DNA from: Cirrosporium novae-zelandiae
Taxonomy: Eukaryota
Reading direction: 5' to 3'
Length of the DNA stretch: 64,000 nucleotides
Assembly: GCA_026023565.1 (NCBI GenBank)
Contig: JAPETS010000015.1
Span: 558,001 to 622,000, forward strand
Every line of letters starts with the position of its first letter. The first letter of the stretch is position 1. The notes under the pieces were generated by a model, which searched no databases, was not told where the DNA came from, and saw only the letters and a program-made list of their open reading frames with translations. A program made the position numbers and the translations under genes. This document shows positions 61,177 through 64,000 of this stretch, one piece after another.

Positions 61177-63020
61177 TCAAGCCATCTTCCCAACATCCCG
61201 CTCCTTCTCTTTATTTTCACCTAAATACCCTTTCCCCTTCCCCTTCCCATTCCTCCCCCCAAAAAACCACCGCACCCTCATAAACTCCAAAAACAATTCC
61301 TTCTGATTTAATTCCTCATCCTCTACAACCTGCCCTAAACCCTCACCATCACCATCACCGCTGATACTATTACTATTGTTGCCGCGGGCCAAGGCGTCTT
61401 GTTTCGCGTGCAGGAATGTGGACCATCGAATCCAGATTATCCAGAGGATTAGAACTAGGATTGTGAGGGGGATTGTGATAGCCCAGTATATCCAGAAGGA
61501 GTGGGTTGTTAGGTGATTTGATGATGATGACGAGGAGGAAGAAGAAGAAGAAGAGGAGGAGGAGGGGGTTAGTGTGAAGATGGGCATGGAGAATAGGGTC
61601 TATATTTTTGGGGAGTTAGGATTTGGATTTGGGATTAAGGATTAAGGGGGGGGTTAGACGGGGCTCACAGCAACAAAGGTACCGGGGAGGAAGATCATGG
61701 TTAGTAAGGCGATTGTTTTCATAGCGGAAGAATCGTGCTTGCTTGACTGGGCTAGGCTACGCTGGTCGGCTGCTACTTGGAGGTTTGTTATGTTGTCTCT
61801 TTGTTGGGTGAAGTTGTAGACCTGGAAATGCGGGTTAGATTCTGAGGTTCTTGATGGGCCAAAGTGGGGGGTGCTGTGATGGACTTTGCTTGAAGGGTTT
61901 TAGTCTTCTCAATGTCTCGTGTGTAAGTTGGGTTCTTAAGAATTAAGTCTTTTATACGGTTTGAGTGAATACTACTGCCTTGATAAGACTCCCTTTTATG
62001 AAACGTATGGGTTGTAGTTTGGAATTGGCTCATTGAGAACGGTGTAGAAAAGAAAACCATGTAGAAGGAAGGGAAAATCGAAACTTACCACAGCCAACTG
62101 CGTCGTTGCCCGTTTCTGGTTATACTGCACTCTTAGAAGCAAATTTCGACAGAATGATATATCATTTCCGATATCCTCCTCTATGATCTTCCGATCATGC
62201 TCCATACGTTGTTTCCGAGATCCCTGAGTAGAATCCGAAATCTGGACGTTATACCTAAGGATCGTCTGGAAAAGTTGGATCAGGGCATTCACTCTCAGCT
62301 CTATGATGCCGAGGGAATTGCTGCAGCTATTTAGGGATCGAGTTGTCTGGAGATCAACGGCAAATGGATCGCCCACTGGCCTCCATCGGAATGTGTGCAT
62401 ACCTGTTGTCTCTTCGATGCTGTTCAGGCGGCGGTCAGCAGAGTCAGTTTTCTCGGAGCAGAGATCCAAGACAACTTCTGCAACTTTGAAGGGAAGGAGC
62501 ATCGGGTGACAGGCCAGGTGTCTAGAGCCATTGAGGAGGACCCATACTTGAGCGAGGGCCATGGTTGTTTGGCCGAGGAAGATAGCCGTGTTCATGCCAC
62601 TAGATACATCATGAGTTACCGCGTACGTGGCGAATCCTGTAAAATGGAGGCCGGTTTTGAATATAAATGCTGGGAGCTGTTAAGTGCTAATACCCAAGTG
62701 CTCGAGTGTATATAAACTCACATAAATGGGTTGGTTTTCGGTCACTGCCATAGCTGGTTTGCTTCCCGCTGTGTGCCGTTCTTTGGTAGATAAGCTGTGA
62801 ATACTTCCTGGAAATTTTGAAAATTTCCATAATGCTGCTGAAATCTGCCGAGGAAAATGGGATCGCTTCGAATTTTCTCTCGTTGTGGACTCGGTCGCTA
62901 CAATTACCTATGCTACAGATTTTTGTAAATGAATAGTTCGGGACAGGGATCTAGAGGGTTCAAATCATACATCATGCGAAGACCTCCGTAAGGTAATAGT
63001 CCATCAAGTTTGCCTGGCCT
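61177..63020 (-). CDS. Fungal CorA-like membrane protein region (exons 63020-62971, 62912-62722, 62669-62089, 61821-61669, 61599-61177); probably the 3' part of a gene that starts in the forkhead exon
   Basis: All splice phases are consistent. The product reads GGLRMI..IPFS..HPMLLP..QLAVVYNFTQQRDN..DSSAMKTIALLTMIFLPGTFVA/TLFSMP..SFWIYWAITIPLT (two TM helices). Confidence 0.85.
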
Positions 63021-63104
63021 CTTTGAGATATGTTTAGCTTTGGAGTTGAGACCATAGGGGCCCAATGGTGTCCGTCGGTTCCTATAAAATGGAAAAGATC
63101 ATAC

Positions 63105-63956
63105 CTTCTTGAGCCAATTATAGATCCCATCATCCAAGACCAGTGATCTTGTCATTTTGGTCACATGCTGCGGAGAAGTATCAGCACGGTTTTCTGGGCG
63201 TTCTTTCGATCGAATAGTGGCATCTCGTACATCATAATTGTATATGTCCAATGTATCCATTCGAAAGTTCGTTTCTCCTCTAGTAGGATTCCTGGTGGAT
63301 CTAACAAATTGTATCTCAGACCCAGGCTTAATCGCCCAGTAGATATCATAGCCTGAATCACCCTTGGGTCTTTCATGACAGACAAAGATCTTGTTTTCAT
63401 TAAGCGTACGAAGGATATTCCTTTGCCAAGTGGTTCCATTTTTGTAATAGCTGAAGGTACAAGATATCCACGAGCAAATTTGCATCATGGTCTGCTGTCG
63501 GTCTGGCGCACGGAGAATCGCCATCCCTATGAGATTCGTCCAATTGTACGGTGGTTTTCCAAGCTCGTCTTCAACTGGAGGCATATCCTCTGGAGCAGGT
63601 ACTCCGTCGTGTTGCGAGGGACCCACCCATGAGTTCGGATTGATATTGCTGCTTTCTAGGATACGGTAGTCGTCGGGCAAATCGGCATCGTATGCATCAT
63701 TTTCGGAAAACGACGGCTCCTCGTCCGTTGGATTCAAGGGAGATTGCCTCCTTCGTCTCTTTAAAACCTTGTCCATACTTGGGGAAGCTGCACCATGGGA
63801 TTTTTCATCGGTAAATTGTTCAGTTGAGTCCTGGTCAGGGGATGGGTCCTCGTCAATTATACGCATAGAATTTGATATGCCTCTATGACTATCATTATCA
63901 GCAGATTCATCTGCTACGATCGTTGAACTGGCATAAGTATCGTCGAGATCAATCAT
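63105..63956 (-). CDS. Exon encoding an acidic low-complexity region plus a divergent Sep1/Hcm1-like forkhead domain; may begin beyond the window edge
   Basis: PAPEDMPPVEDELGKPPYNWTNLIGMAILRAPDRQQTMMQICSWISCTFSYY..WQ..ERPKGD..YWAIKPG. The ORF ends on a donor-like AAG|GTATGA. ATG at 63956, and the frame stays open to the window end. Confidence 0.75.
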
Positions 63957-64000
63957 TGTAAAGTGATCGAGCAAAATAGTGTAGTTAAGTGGTACGGCAT

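Overview
Eukaryotic DNA from a filamentous ascomycete (Pezizomycotina-type genes, short GT-AG introns, microsatellite-rich intergenic DNA). I built about 17 protein-coding gene models by hand from splice signals. They encode a WD40/DCAF protein (Raf1/DIM-9-like, running off the left edge and absent from the ORF track), Get5/Mdy2, NOP2, a Zn2Cys6 transcription factor, a Baeyer-Villiger monooxygenase, an MpaB-like oxygenase, a JmjC protein, a histidine phosphatase, a GH28 rhamnogalacturonase, CK2-beta, a bZIP factor, a CIA30-like protein, a PIR-repeat GPI protein, GLE1 and SSD1. At the right edge, two ORFs appear to splice into one gene encoding a degenerate forkhead domain fused to a CorA-like membrane protein, which is the most novel-looking feature. 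Also present: an intron-containing tRNA-Phe, a TA-flanked MITE, a RIP-like AT-rich relic, two decayed immunity-type pseudogenes (HeLo-like and HET), a decayed foldback, two long poly-C tracts, and a candidate structured ncRNA at about 19.5-20.3 kb. Family assignments come from recalled motifs, not from database searches.
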